Part shown: positions 40,201 through 50,690 of the stretch, piece by piece
How positions within the stretch are numbered: position 1 is the first letter of the stretch
How the letters are laid out: every line of letters begins with the position of its first letter
Assembly (NCBI GenBank): GCA_002633005.1
Contig: NMRA01000028.1
Span: 210,461-274,460 of the forward strand
Source: Phoronis australis
Taxonomy: Eukaryota; Animalia; Phoronida
Direction of reading: 5' to 3'
DNA length: 64,000 bases
Made by a program: the position numbers and the translations under genes
The notes under the pieces: model-generated
The model's input: only the letters and a program-made list of their open reading frames with translations
The model's database searches: none
Told to the model about the DNA's origin: nothing

Positions 40201-43200
40201 GAAGGAAATGCATCAACTTGCACAGAACAACAGAAATTTACCTCAGACAACATTTTAGTAGTTGTTCGGAGTTTTTTTCAAAATATTTCGATTTTCTTGA
40301 ACTTGCTTTTATTTTACTCTTATTTTCGTAAATGTCAGCGAAGTTAGAGACCCTCGACTGTTGATTAAACGCATGATCTTCAGGTATCTCATATTTATTT
40401 GTAGGTTAGCAACTATAATTGCCAGGTTATCGTATTTCCAAAACGGGTTTGACCATTTAGGAAATTGAGTTCTGTATAATTAAACTGAGATCATTTGACC
40501 AGGACTAAATGTTTTCAAACTTGTTAGAACAAACATGGCAATCATTATCAGAAATTGATCTATGAATGTCGTTACAACGGTTATATCATTAGCATACAAA
40601 GCGTAACTGGAGAAATTGGTTCAAAATTAGTCAAATAAATGATCAATAATAATGCACCCAGTATAGACTCCTGAGGGTGCACCTGAATTGGAACAATGTT
40701 ATACTTTTGGTACCTATCTGAGAACACTGAGAACAGTTTGAAAGATAGCTACTCAAAAACTTAAAGATGACGGATTGCAACAAAAGCCATAATATTTAAA
40801 GTTATCTAATAATTTATTATTGTCCATAGCTGAATTGTGGCTGCCTGATGGCTTGACTTCATAGCACATGTGAAAACAATGCGCCGAATGGCAATTTACC
40901 GATAAAACCACAAAGTCGAGCCGTACAGCCCGTCCGGGTTAACGTGCGCTTCTGGACTACTCGGTCTGCGACAGCAATTTTTCGCTGTACAAAAACAGCT
41001 GGAGAAGTCGCCACATCGATTCCAGTTAATTTTGACCGGAAGCATTTGTGAGGAATCGGCAAATTTATAATAAAACCCTGCGCATTTCTATGTTTTGTAG
41101 CTAATAACTTCAATAAAAAATCACTAATAAAAATATTACAACTGAAGTCAATACCAAAGTGTGAATTTGAAATCACAAACACCAAAACCGATTTAGAATG
41201 TAAATGTGTAATCGTTTCGCACTTTAGATGTTCATAAAATCGTACATTCATTTTTCTCTATGCATATTGGATAACAGATGACCCGTGGATTCAACACCTT
41301 AACTACAATAAGTTAATTAGTACGCCACGGAGATTTCCCATATGTTGTTTCAACTGTCTATCCAAGTGAACATTTACGAATTTATTTTATCATTGGGTTA
41401 ATTTACAGATGACTTTTTTCGGCAATATGACTATAGGAAAGTCTTTGTAGATCCGCCAGTGTCTTAAAGAATCTGAACACGAGATTTCCTAACTCATAAA
41501 CACAAAGACGCATTTGTGCGTGAAAAGAGGATTTACTCATCATGATACTTACCAGAAACTTTCTACTTATGTTATGCGACGTTTTCACACCGCATTCGCT
41601 GGTGTCGTTGCAACAGCCAGCCTCTTTTTGACATTGATGAATTATAGTGCATGCCGGGAAATAAATGGCAGTTGGGTCAGTGCTTATTTCCCTTATATTA
41701 ATCAGCATTGCCTTGGGAATTCTGCATTCCGATTTCTTTTCTACTTCTTGGAAATGCTTAAGGAACTGGTCTAAATCTGTAATCAGAAGAATGCCAGTTT
41801 TAAACAATTGGGCTTCGACGTTTGCTCGAGACATTTCCATTTTTGGTTGGTAGACGTACACGTAAGATCTAGGAATTTCTGAAAACGGTCCACTCAAAGT
41901 AAGTGTATGGGCCTTTAAAAAGAAAACTGCCCGAGTGTTGACACATGGCCTTACCTTTTGGAGCCACTGTTATAGCTTCCAACTCTAACGGTTTCGCAAC
42001 ACAATATTATGGTTGTGTTGGAGGTGACATTTACTAGTGTATCTTACCATATGGGTATATATGGTGGGTGGCTGTGGTGATGATGGTGGTGATGTGATAG
42101 GTTTGGTGGTAGTGATGGTGTCAATGGTGGGGAAGATGCGGTAGTTGTGGGGTGTTGTGGGGTGGTGGTTGTGATGGTGATAGTGCTGGTGTGGTAATGG
42201 TAGACGTGGTGTAGGTGAGTAGTAGTGATAGTGGTGATGATGATGGTTATAGCGGTGATGTGATAGCAGTGTTATAGCTGTGATAGTGGTGATGATGATG
42301 GTTATAGCGGTGATGTGATAGCAGTGTTATAGCTGTGATAGTGATAATGATGGTGGTGGTGGATAGTGGTGTGGTGGTGATTTTGTGGTAGAGATGATTG
42401 CGGTAGTGATGCTGGTTGAGGTGGTGAAGGTGATAGTGGGGGTGTGTTGTGTTATATGTTGTCGCTCTCGGTATATATTGTTACCCGGGCGGCAATATAT
42501 GTTGATGTTTACGGCATATAACGTGGTTCTCGGCATATATTGACGCCCAGGCAACAATATGTCTAGAGTGTGACATTATGTGCTACAACAGTGTGTTCGT
42601 GTGGTGCGATGGTGGCGATAATCAATGTTGTTCTTTAATTCATACGCGTTGAATAGGTTGAGTGCAGTACGGAATGTGGTATTATTTTCTGTATCGCACT
42701 CCTGGTACTACTTCAACTGTGCCCTCAGACGTGGAAAGTTCAAAAGGTAGGTCAATGTCGACTCGACGTCGTTAGCCGACTCGATCATCAAAATTTCTAT
42801 CAAAATTGTGTAACGCAATAAAATTGCAGCAGTATAAGTAACGCTCAACATGCAGTCAGGTCACAAACATAACATCTGGTACAAAACTGTTAATTCTATA
42901 ACACTTCTGTCTCAGTTTTATTTGCTAAATATTATGTCGTCTGCAACTCAGGCAGGATTGCTCGGTAGGCCTAACTACAATCTTAAATATTGTTGTTGTT
43001 TAATTATTTTCTGGAAATGTCACAAGTTCACTGCACAATTATCGTTGTTTTCATCTTTATCTGTTCTCAAGTAATATATTGTTACATTAATACTGTTTTC
43101 TTTAACGTAGTAAACTTGTAACATACTTGCCGAGAATTGTACGATGACACTTGGCTTACCTCAAAATCCAACTGCTCTCTGGATGTTTTGTAATTGGCCC

Positions 43201-46200
43201 AATTATGTTGCACACCCAGCAGAGTTAATGAGGAGCATATTATTGCAACATTAAAGAAACGTTTTAGGTTGTAAAAGTCACATTTCTTGTCCAGTTTTCA
43301 AAATTCAAAAACCTATTCATGTGTGCTTTTCACGAACTATTCAAATACGTTATTTACGAACTTTCAAAACGAAACTTTAGAATATTATCGTCGTCCCCAA
43401 TGTGTTCACGATGGGTCTCATTATCTAGAAAACGATAACAGCAGCAGCATGTGTCTGTTTAATTAACCGAACAGCATGGTGTCTTTGATCGAAACCGGCA
43501 GATTCTGAGGTGCGCAAACCGGTCGAGTTGCTCAATCTCGATCGGTTAGGGTGTCAACGTAGGATTCTTTTCATGTAACGTGCAAGTACATACATATAGG
43601 TTGTGATTCACCACGTGAACAGTCTGGGTGAAGTATTTAAAAAATCTGCCGAAAAATAAAATAAACTAAGAGTTCGAAGCGTATAGGCTGAATACAAATA
43701 TACCTCGAGGGGCGTGGATGAAATAATATTCCACAGGACCATATTCCGCGTATCGTCGGAGACTGAAGGTCGAGGTCGAGAAGCGAAATAAGGTCTCGTA
43801 GGATATTATTTCATCTATGCTACTCGAGGTACGTCTTGTGTATTTATTTTCCGTTAATACGTATATAAATTCCAAAAGCGCCACCGTGGCCACCAAGTTC
43901 GATGCTACAAAGACGAAAGGCTATCATTTTCTGAATATACGCCAGAGCGAGATATTTTGAAAATGTTTTTGCAACAAATGTCGATACATCTAAAAGATCT
44001 CGCGGCGTAAACATCGGCGAAAATCATGAGCGGCTGATTGATTGTGACAAACTGGCCTTAATACGACGGCAATTGATTTCTATCACCAAAAAGAAGTGAG
44101 AGAAATTGGAAGACGTGGCAAACTGTTTTATAACTGAAAATATTACTCGTTTTTGATTGGTGATTGATGCCCTGAATGGTCTGCTTGGAAATGGAACCAT
44201 TTTCTATCATGGTGTCAAAAGGTTTGAGACATTTTTGAGTGGATAAGCAACATGTTAGACAATTTGCAGTTTATCAAGTGAGTATGAGGGAAACGTCCTC
44301 TTGGATGTTGAACAGAGATATATTTTAGAAAAGAGCTGTCGAACAGAGCGATATTATCAACCGCGATCAACATTTAAAGAATATCCAAGCAAGACATATT
44401 TTACAATTCGCCATCAGTAAAAATATCGAAACATGTAGCACAGAGTTTTAGGAGAATGCCTTAAAGATTTTCAATGACTTCAATCTTTCTGCCTATGTTA
44501 CGTTTTCTATTTCTTTTCATTCTTCACGGAACGGAACTCTATGCGCTCAAATATCAAAACCCAAATTAATGTTCTTACGAAACGTAAACATTCAATGTTC
44601 TGGTGCAGTATCGTTAAAAACATGACCTTGCAAATATCACGTGAGCAACTGTTGTTACCCACAATGCCACAGTGGGTAGTTGCTTTTGCCATATGTCAGA
44701 TTACGCGTGACACGATGTGGCATCACACCCGTTTTAAGAACAGCGTAGACACGTTCAGTAAAAACTTAGAAATTTCCCGTGCTGTTAGCGGGCTATATTG
44801 TGACAGGGAATCTTAAGAAGGACCGTCATTGGGGCTCTGTGAAGAAATGAGAGGTAGCAATATCCATAATCAGAAATTAAAGTCGTTGATAATCTTCAAT
44901 CTACTTGTAAAATGCAGATACAAACCAGTGACAGTCTACCTTCGGGACTTAGGCGGTAAGACACGTGACCGCCGACGCCAATGGTGACGTCATTGCCGGA
45001 CGGTTCAGGCTGCAACAATATGTTATCTATGGTGTCATTGGAGAGGTTTCCTCCATAAAAGATGCGCATAAGATCGTAGTACGTACTTGAACTGGCTAAT
45101 TTGGCCTCCAACCCCTCTCTAGAAACTGCTCTCATTGTAGGCAACTGAAAACAAAAAGAACTGACGTGTAGTAGCCATACGAGACCTTATAGACATATAC
45201 ATTTAACGAGCTTCATATAGTAATACTTCGCACTGAACAGGGGCAGCAGTGGTCGATATAGCATCAATGTTAGTTATAGAGCTACATACCAACAACAAGA
45301 GCAATGCGGAGCGTTGAAATGCGCCCACGAATGCACCGCAAACGGTTTGCTTCTAGGGCGACTTTTGTATCATAAAAATGGCCACTAGATGGCGCAAAAT
45401 ATGTCGAATCCATCCGAAAGCGGGAACATGTCATCGTTTTTAACAGAAAGCTATTTATAAAATTTCATAAATATCCGTACAGGAACTTCAGAGAAACACA
45501 GGAATACGGAAAAATGAAAAGTGGTATAGGGCTCGTCGGATCCGCATGAAAGTTGTGAACTTCATATAAATTCACTTGCTAAATTTAATAAAGATCCTGC
45601 TTTGGTTTAGGAGATACAGCTATGAGTGCAAAAAAACTCCCACTAGGAGGCGCCACAGTAGTCAAAGTCGTCATCTTCAACCGTCCTTCTCACGCTATAT
45701 AAGCCACTTTTCACAATCATCCTTTAAATGGATTGGTTGATAGTTGGGCGGACGCCAAAAACAGACTTGAAAACATAAAAATGGCTACTAGGTACAAAAT
45801 ACTCGAATCCGTCCGAAAACGGGGGAATATCGTCATCTCACTAATAGATGCTAATATGCCAAATTTTATGAAAATCTGTCGAGGACCTTGGAAGATGCGG
45901 AGGTAAACGTAAAAAACTAAAATTGCCACTAGAGGAACACTAGTAGTCAGATCCGTCCGAAAGTCGCGCTGGTTCCCTGCGTGCCGCTATGTGGTAGCCA
46001 GCACGCAGATATCGCTTAATTTTCCTCGGGAAATGTTTTTACACCGGGGTCTCTGATTGGCTGGTCGAATTCTCAACAGGCAGCGAGCGCTTTGCGCAAA
46101 CAAAGTGGCGTGACTGATGGAGGAAGTGAAAATGTGGTGTTGTACAGACAAATCGGTGCTTAAAATTCATGTTCAAGAAATGTGAATCCCAGAAAATTGT

Positions 46201-47172
46201 GGTTGTGCCATTTCGGAGTGCATCTTTCTACTGTCGCTGACTTTTGTTTACGTTGCTGTCCTGTATTCATACAGTATGAATAACACACTAGTTAAATCGG
46301 CCAGATGATGCTGCACGTATTTATTGTACATGTATGTGCTTCAAGCACGCGGCTATTAAACATTGCTGCAGAAACGAAATAGTTGCTGCTACGCCACTTG
46401 CATGACAAGGCTTAAAATGGTTCATAGTCCGCCATTTCCTCACTTTGATGAAAAGCTAAACAATGACTGCCGAGGTTACTGATGCCTGCTACCTGCGTCC
46501 TGTCTACCACCTAGCGGCACGCAGGAAACCAGCGAGGCCGTCCAGAAGTTCGCTCATTCTATCCCATTCATGAAAGGAACACTTGTGCAAAATTTCATGA
46601 ACATACATCAGAGAATTTTGGAGATAGAGCAGCGGACGCCGGATGGACACTGGACGGAAGAACGAACGGACGGACTGACAGGGATGGCGGCATAACAATG
46701 CAATAGAGTAGCACCGAAGTTGATACCAGAAAAGTTGCTGCAGCTGTTGTTACTCCACCGTTGCTGTCGTCTCCGTTGTTGCTGCTGACAACAACGACGA
46801 CGATGATGATAAAATGCAGCAAAGTAATAAACTCTTGTCTCTTTCCATTACAGTACATTTGAACCAAGACGGTAGTTTATCACCAAAGCTAGGTAAAGTG
46901 ATTAGAGTACAGAAACTGTGTTTCAAGGTACTGAAAATGTTAATCAAGCAGACGCATTCGACCAGCTATTTGTCTACTCAACTATTTTCCTGACAAAACA
47001 GCGGTCGGCCAACTGGGTCGCAATGTTGTAAAAAAGTTTGGACTGGATTAGATCGCTGTTGAAGACATACCACCGGCGATTGGCAGATAACTAGTATGTT
47101 ATCTATGTGTGTTAACAGCAGAAAAAACAGCAATGCAAAGTAAATAAAGGCCTTCTCCTCCTTATTTTTTAT
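22017..47172 (-). CDS. PVF: PDGF/VEGF-related growth factor (PVF), ~318 aa; exons 47172-47071 (start uncertain), 45144-44940, 41776-41553, 33155-33049, 25149-25018, 22203-22017
   Basis: The spliced product has the PDGF/VEGF cystine knot CRIP...YFPACTIIHQCQKEAGCCNDTSECGVK...FLNHSECQC, a Cys-rich domain (CTRCPVPF...CSCEC...C...CVKEEKCHLPTC...C) and a basic tail. Introns are GT-AG with matching phases 0,1,0,2,2. Confidence 0.88.
25018..25149 (-). CDS. PVF: PVF exon, Cys-rich C-terminal domain
   Basis: Acceptor ttcccttccag, donor gtaaga; CTRCPVPFILRRNGPHCSCECFDRERSCKAVKNGRKSLSTSQL(K). Confidence 0.82.
26050..26240. repeat. Foldback-like cluster of (GT)AAAATGTAAC direct and inverted repeats
   Basis: Multiple gtaaaatgtaac and gttacattttac units. 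Confidence 0.6.
26590..26700 (+). repeat. Degenerate (TAT/TAC)n microsatellite
   Basis: cattattattactactatgtctactattacttctattactactatc... Confidence 0.8.
27150..27305. mobile_element. hAT-like MITE with an 8-bp TSD
   Basis: TIRs cattgctgtagtgg / ccactacagcattg (13/14); flanks gaactggg (27142-27149) and gaactgag (27306-27313). Confidence 0.75.
28082..28470. repeat. Degenerate array of ATAGGA/TCCTAT units
   Basis: ataggatttcctataagatttcctaaagggtttctataggaaattctataggattg..., with a ~12-bp self-complementary periodicity. Confidence 0.65.
28950..30120 (+). mobile_element. Dispersed non-autonomous repeat family (other pieces at 48825-49046 + 50691-50793, 52400-52650 inverted, 63287-63622)
   Basis: Shared blocks cataacattca...cccattggttgaaa.ttggg and ttttcagtataggtggcgctgtg. 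29000-29230 is the reverse complement of ~52400-52650. Confidence 0.7.
33049..33155 (-). CDS. PVF: PVF exon, end of the cystine knot
   Basis: Acceptor ttgcttttcag, donor gtaagt; TFRQQGSDNVLLQFVETIQFLNHSECQCNAIRTLP(T), containing the family FxNHxxCxC motif. Confidence 0.88.
33330..34590 (-). mobile_element. Possible decayed Kolobok-type DNA transposon
   Basis: Bounded by TTAA-AGGGTAC (minus strand, ~34592) and TTAA-GG (~33327). The internal minus ORF has ...CGCAPLQHPGFASANCNSVIL, resembling the HPGF..VCLN..VL motif of the P2X7-C-terminal-like protein of Kolobok elements. TIRs are not convincing. Confidence 0.3.
37212..37287 (+). pseudogene. tRNA-derived (SINE-head-like) sequence with a short A tail
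   Basis: GACTCGA-TGGTGTAGTGG-TTAAGGTGCTGGAC (A box/D arm), a degenerate B box/T arm (cagaaatcc), a CTCGGTC acceptor-stem complement, then A7. Confidence 0.5.
37328..37364 (+). ncRNA. Degenerate minimal hammerhead motif at the PLE 3' end
   Basis: cac...CTGAGAA-T-agaccgacc-GAAA-CGTC-gtg. GAAACGUC with a palindromic ACGU stem III is intact, but stem II and the 3:8 pair are damaged. Confidence 0.45.
41553..41776 (-). CDS. PVF: PVF exon, core PDGF/VEGF homology domain
   Basis: Acceptor ttctgattacag, donor gtaagt; DLDQFLKHFQEVEKKSECRIPKAMLINIREISTDPTAIYFPACTIIHQCQKEAGCCNDTSECGVKTSHNISRKFL. Confidence 0.9.
42060..42450 (+). repeat. Degenerate (GGT/GAT)n low-complexity tract with an internal ~57-bp duplication
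   Basis: gtgatagtggtgatgatgatggttatagcggtgatgtgatagcagt occurs twice. Confidence 0.8.
43128..43575 (-). repeat. Dispersed repeat, inverted relative to 13420-13870
   Basis: Reverse-complement similarity over ~450 bp. Confidence 0.75.
43690..43845. repeat. Long imperfect inverted repeat (hairpin)
   Basis: tacctcgaggggcgtggatgaaataatattccacaggaccatatt (43701-43745) pairs with aataaggtctcgtaggatattatttcatctatgctactcgaggta (43787-43831). Confidence 0.75.
44940..45144 (-). CDS. PVF: PVF exon, N-terminal propeptide
   Basis: Strong acceptor tttttgttttcag, donor gtagac; LPTMRAVSREGLEAKLASSSTYYDLMRIFYGGNLSNDTIDNILLQPEPSGNDVTIGVGGHVSYRLSPE, phase-compatible with the next exon. Confidence 0.72.
45294..46695 (-). 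mobile_element. HINE-like copy in a PVF intron with a nested MITE
   Basis: Begins aacaagagcaatgcggagcgttgaaatgcgcccac, has the family modules, and ends with a (GGAC)-like microsatellite and ggcggcataa. Confidence 0.75.
45967..46534. mobile_element. MITE with 31-bp TIRs nested in the HINE
   Basis: cgctggttccctgcgtgccgctatgtggtag versus the reverse complement of ctaccacctagcggcacgcaggaaaccagcg (29/31). Confidence 0.8.
47071..47172 (-). CDS. PVF: Putative PVF signal-peptide exon lacking an ATG
   Basis: (I)KNKEEKAFIYFALLFFLLLTHIDNILVICQSPV followed by a GTG|GTATGT donor in phase 0; in-frame TAA at 47190-47188. Confidence 0.55.
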
Positions 47173-47764
47173 TTCCCCGTGAGACGATTATCCCGTCCGA
47201 TATCAAAAGTTCGTTGGATCTATCTTCAATCACTTGTTGTATCGTGCTTATATACTGTTAAAGTAAACATACCAAAACACTTGCGTTAAAACAAAACATT
47301 AGTTTAATTGGCAAAAGGGACGCTCCTTACTTTAAAAATTGTAGCAAATTGACATTTTATACTCGGCCAAATGATCTCAGCTCTTGCGCCTCTATGCACC
47401 TTGGTAAAACGCATGCACAGTTAGATGTAGTCAGAATTTCACTTAAGCTGAAGCAATTTTAACCTTACGAAAATGTTGTCATGGTTTATTGGTTTCGAAC
47501 ATCTTATGTTTGAAATGAACGCTAATACACAACATTTTATTCAAATTTCCTTTTCACGCGTTGTTTCAAAAGTGAGATGAATTTTATACACGTGCATTTT
47601 ACAGACAAACTGCGCTATTGTAACGTAACGTGTATTTTTTCGTTTGGTTTAGCCATGATGTTGCACCACGGCGTCGTAGAAGCATTGGCTCACAAAAACT
47701 ACATGTTTGCTAAAATTTATAGTGGTTGTAATCAGTGTTGAGGTTCAGCAAATAAATGTGCTGG

Positions 47765-47895
47765 CCTGCCAGGCCAGTTGCTTAAATATAAGACCAACTG
47801 CCAGGCAAGTTACTTGAATATGAGACGACCTGCCAGGTCAGTTACTTGAATATAAGACCACCTGACAGGCCAGTTACTTGAATATAAGACCACAT
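47765..47895 (+). repeat. Minisatellite, ~31-bp unit x4
   Basis: ctgccaggccagttacttgaatataagacca-like units in tandem. Confidence 0.8.
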
Positions 47896-49046
47896 CCACA
47901 TAGGGCCTATATGTGAAAGTTTGCAGGCCCTGCCGCAAATACACTGGCCCCGGGCCACCGTGTATTTCGAAAGCTGAATGTGACACATCATGTGTTGGAC
48001 TAGTTGTTATCAGTCATCCTATGAAGGTAGGCATACAAACATTGGCTACAAAAACCATGTTTGCTGAAATGGATTGACAGTGGTTTCAAGAAATCATGTG
48101 TTGGGCTCGATGCTATCAGTCAGTCAATGAAATAACAAACATTGGCTACAAGAAACTCATGGGTATATCTAAATTTTACACAGTGTTATCTGTGTGTAGT
48201 AATAGCGGCGCGAAGTCAGTAACTATCTCAAAAGCGTTTCTCAATACGCTTTTGTCATGTAACGTCGGTGCTTCACGTGGTATCAAAGATCACTTTGCAA
48301 TGCTGTCATTACTAAAGAAAACTTTTTGAATCAAGGTGTTTTTGTCCTTATCGATAAAACATGCTGTGGTGCAACCCAATTATCTTCTCATCCCTGCAAA
48401 ACAAATACGTATATGGTTTCACTAAGTGTGCTATTTGAAATACAGGGAAGCATACTTTCAATTACACAAATTGTTGACTTGTCATTAATAAGCTTTTTCA
48501 ACGACACCACTGCCACTTTAAATCTCCATTTCGCCCTGTTTAGCTGACTAAAAAGCCTTTCACTCTCATGAAATCAGTCTCATAATCTTTCTTACTGTGA
48601 TAGGATCCCATTTCCGTTACAAACAAGAACATCGAAACCATCTGATAAACGATTCAAGAAAACGCTTTGAACTTTATTGGGGTTGGCCAACCCTAAAATT
48701 GCGAACACATTGTCAATGACTTGAGTTGGTAACGGAAATGGAATCCTATCACGGTATACACTCTTTCACAGTGCTACGTAGTTCTGTCGAGTGTTGTTTT
48801 AACTAGGCTTCTCATTGGTTTAAGTAATGAGACCGACGACATAACATTCACTCATTCACATCGGTTGAAATTTGGGGACCCCTTTCAGTTTACAGTTACC
48901 GAGTGTGGCGGCCACTTTTGACTTAAATAGTTACATTTTATTAAAACGGTGATCAAAGTGAATAGAATGAAGGGAACCCCGCTACAGGGCTTAAGCCCAA
49001 ACAAGTACAGTGCGTGTGCAAGTGGTGTCGATGTGATCAGTATAAT

Positions 49047-50690
49047 TGACCTATCGCCAGGATTATAACAGCCGGCTTAATTGACCAATCAGAACGCAGC
49101 ATTCTTGGCACACCTTCGTGTGCGTTTCCAAGCCGCCATTTTACCCGACAAACAATACGCAGTCGCTAAGAATGGGGAAACGGTGTTGATATGATGTGTG
49201 TAGCACCGACAGCCGTTATGCTGCTCCAGAATAACATCCCGTCATTTTTGGCATGTCCTAAGCCGAAAAATGATGTTAAAAAGCGTAAACTATGGATCAA
49301 ACTGTACGGCCACACGAGCAGCTGAACTTAGCGATGTTGCTTGATAACTCGAAGGCTATTATAAACACAAATATATTAGTTCTAAGACACGCACTTTTCA
49401 GCTTGGTGGCTATAGTGCAGGGCTATCTCAGATTTTGACTCCCGAGTTGACTACGTCTGGCCGCCCTTGTCTCGGCACCAGCTGGATCTCAGCACTCTAG
49501 CGGTAGTCCCCGGAAATTGTTGTTTTCAAGGACATTTTATTTTATGTTGTTTTTTTATTTATTTCAACCTAATGGACATTATTTTGTTTCGTATCATAGG
49601 TACATTTTTGTTATTCATAAACCGTAAGCTGGCGTTCAACTGAACGTCTCTCCCGGTCAAAATTCAGAGATTCGATCGGCACAGGGAAGGGCACTGGATA
49701 ACTGCCGGAACTCAAAACCTTGGTCGAGCTGTTGTCACTAAAAATAAACTGTTGAATTACTTTTTGACGTGTACCTGTAGTATACACTATGTCTGTAGAG
49801 TTAGAGAGAGCTAATTTTGAAGTTGTTCAAACGTGATATTTAGATTTATGAAGCTTTAAAAAAGAATTTGAGTTATTTTTGTAAATACCCTATTTTTGCA
49901 AGTACCACACCAGACTAGTAATCTTTTCTAACCATACCAGGACTTAGTGATCATGCTACCNTCAAGAGGCAACATATGTTGGCCCCCCCTGTGGTATCCT
50001 AGATCCGCCACTGAATTCCAGACATTAATTTTTCTTAGACACAGCCCTAGACCTACCGGAGCCAACTGTTTGGCCAGGACGAGATGAGTGTGTACCTCAG
50101 CTATGAACCTGAATTTTTTGATCAAAATATTTCGTTACAAGATTAGAAAAGCGTAAACAGTGCCATCGAGTCGACCTAGTCAGACACTATAGTGCATGTG
50201 TTGTATGTAATCTATGGCCTACTTTACTTCAGGAGTCCCACCAGTTGTGACCTACTTTTCATTTGGCGAAATTTAGCAGACGACAGAATAAAAATATCGG
50301 TGAATCTTCACTGATTTTATTCGAAAGATCGTGAAATCTATGGAATCGTACAGATAATTCGACTTTAAGGTAATACCCAGCTTTACATGAACATATCGTA
50401 TCAGTGGCCTTGTCATTTTTCAGGTGAAGGTGGCCCCGAGGCCCAGGGGTTCTTCGGATTTTCGCTGGCTCCTCGAGCACTTATTTTTTCATCGTCACCT
50501 TTGCAAATTCCCACATCATAAACGTACGATTCGTCTCTTGTCTCTGTCGACGCGTTTTCAAATACTACAAAAACACTCATCGATTCCACCAAGAACGTCG
50601 TTTAGGGACAGTGTATTTGCCTCTGACATCTCGTTCGAAGGTCGAGTATCACGTGACTTTTCGCATAGGATCGGAGCTTGCGATAGGTCA
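49047..50690. mobile_element. Internally deleted ISL2EU-like DNA transposon (THAP and SWIM remnants) nested in another repeat
   Basis: TIRs tgacctatcgccag / cttgcgataggtca with AT on both flanks. Plus strand ~49172-49385 is a decayed THAP (MGKRC*YDVCSTDSRY...PKPKNDVKKRKLWIKL...HEQLN...YISSK). Minus strand ~50560-50378 is a decayed SWIM-type N-terminus (ESYVYDV...KCSRSQRKSEEP...CSCKAG). The host repeat resumes after 50692. Confidence 0.7.

Noticed and set aside
47765-47895. ~31-bp repeats resembling a CRISPR array
   Set aside because: The units are head-to-tail with no unique spacers, there are no cas genes, and the context is eukaryotic.
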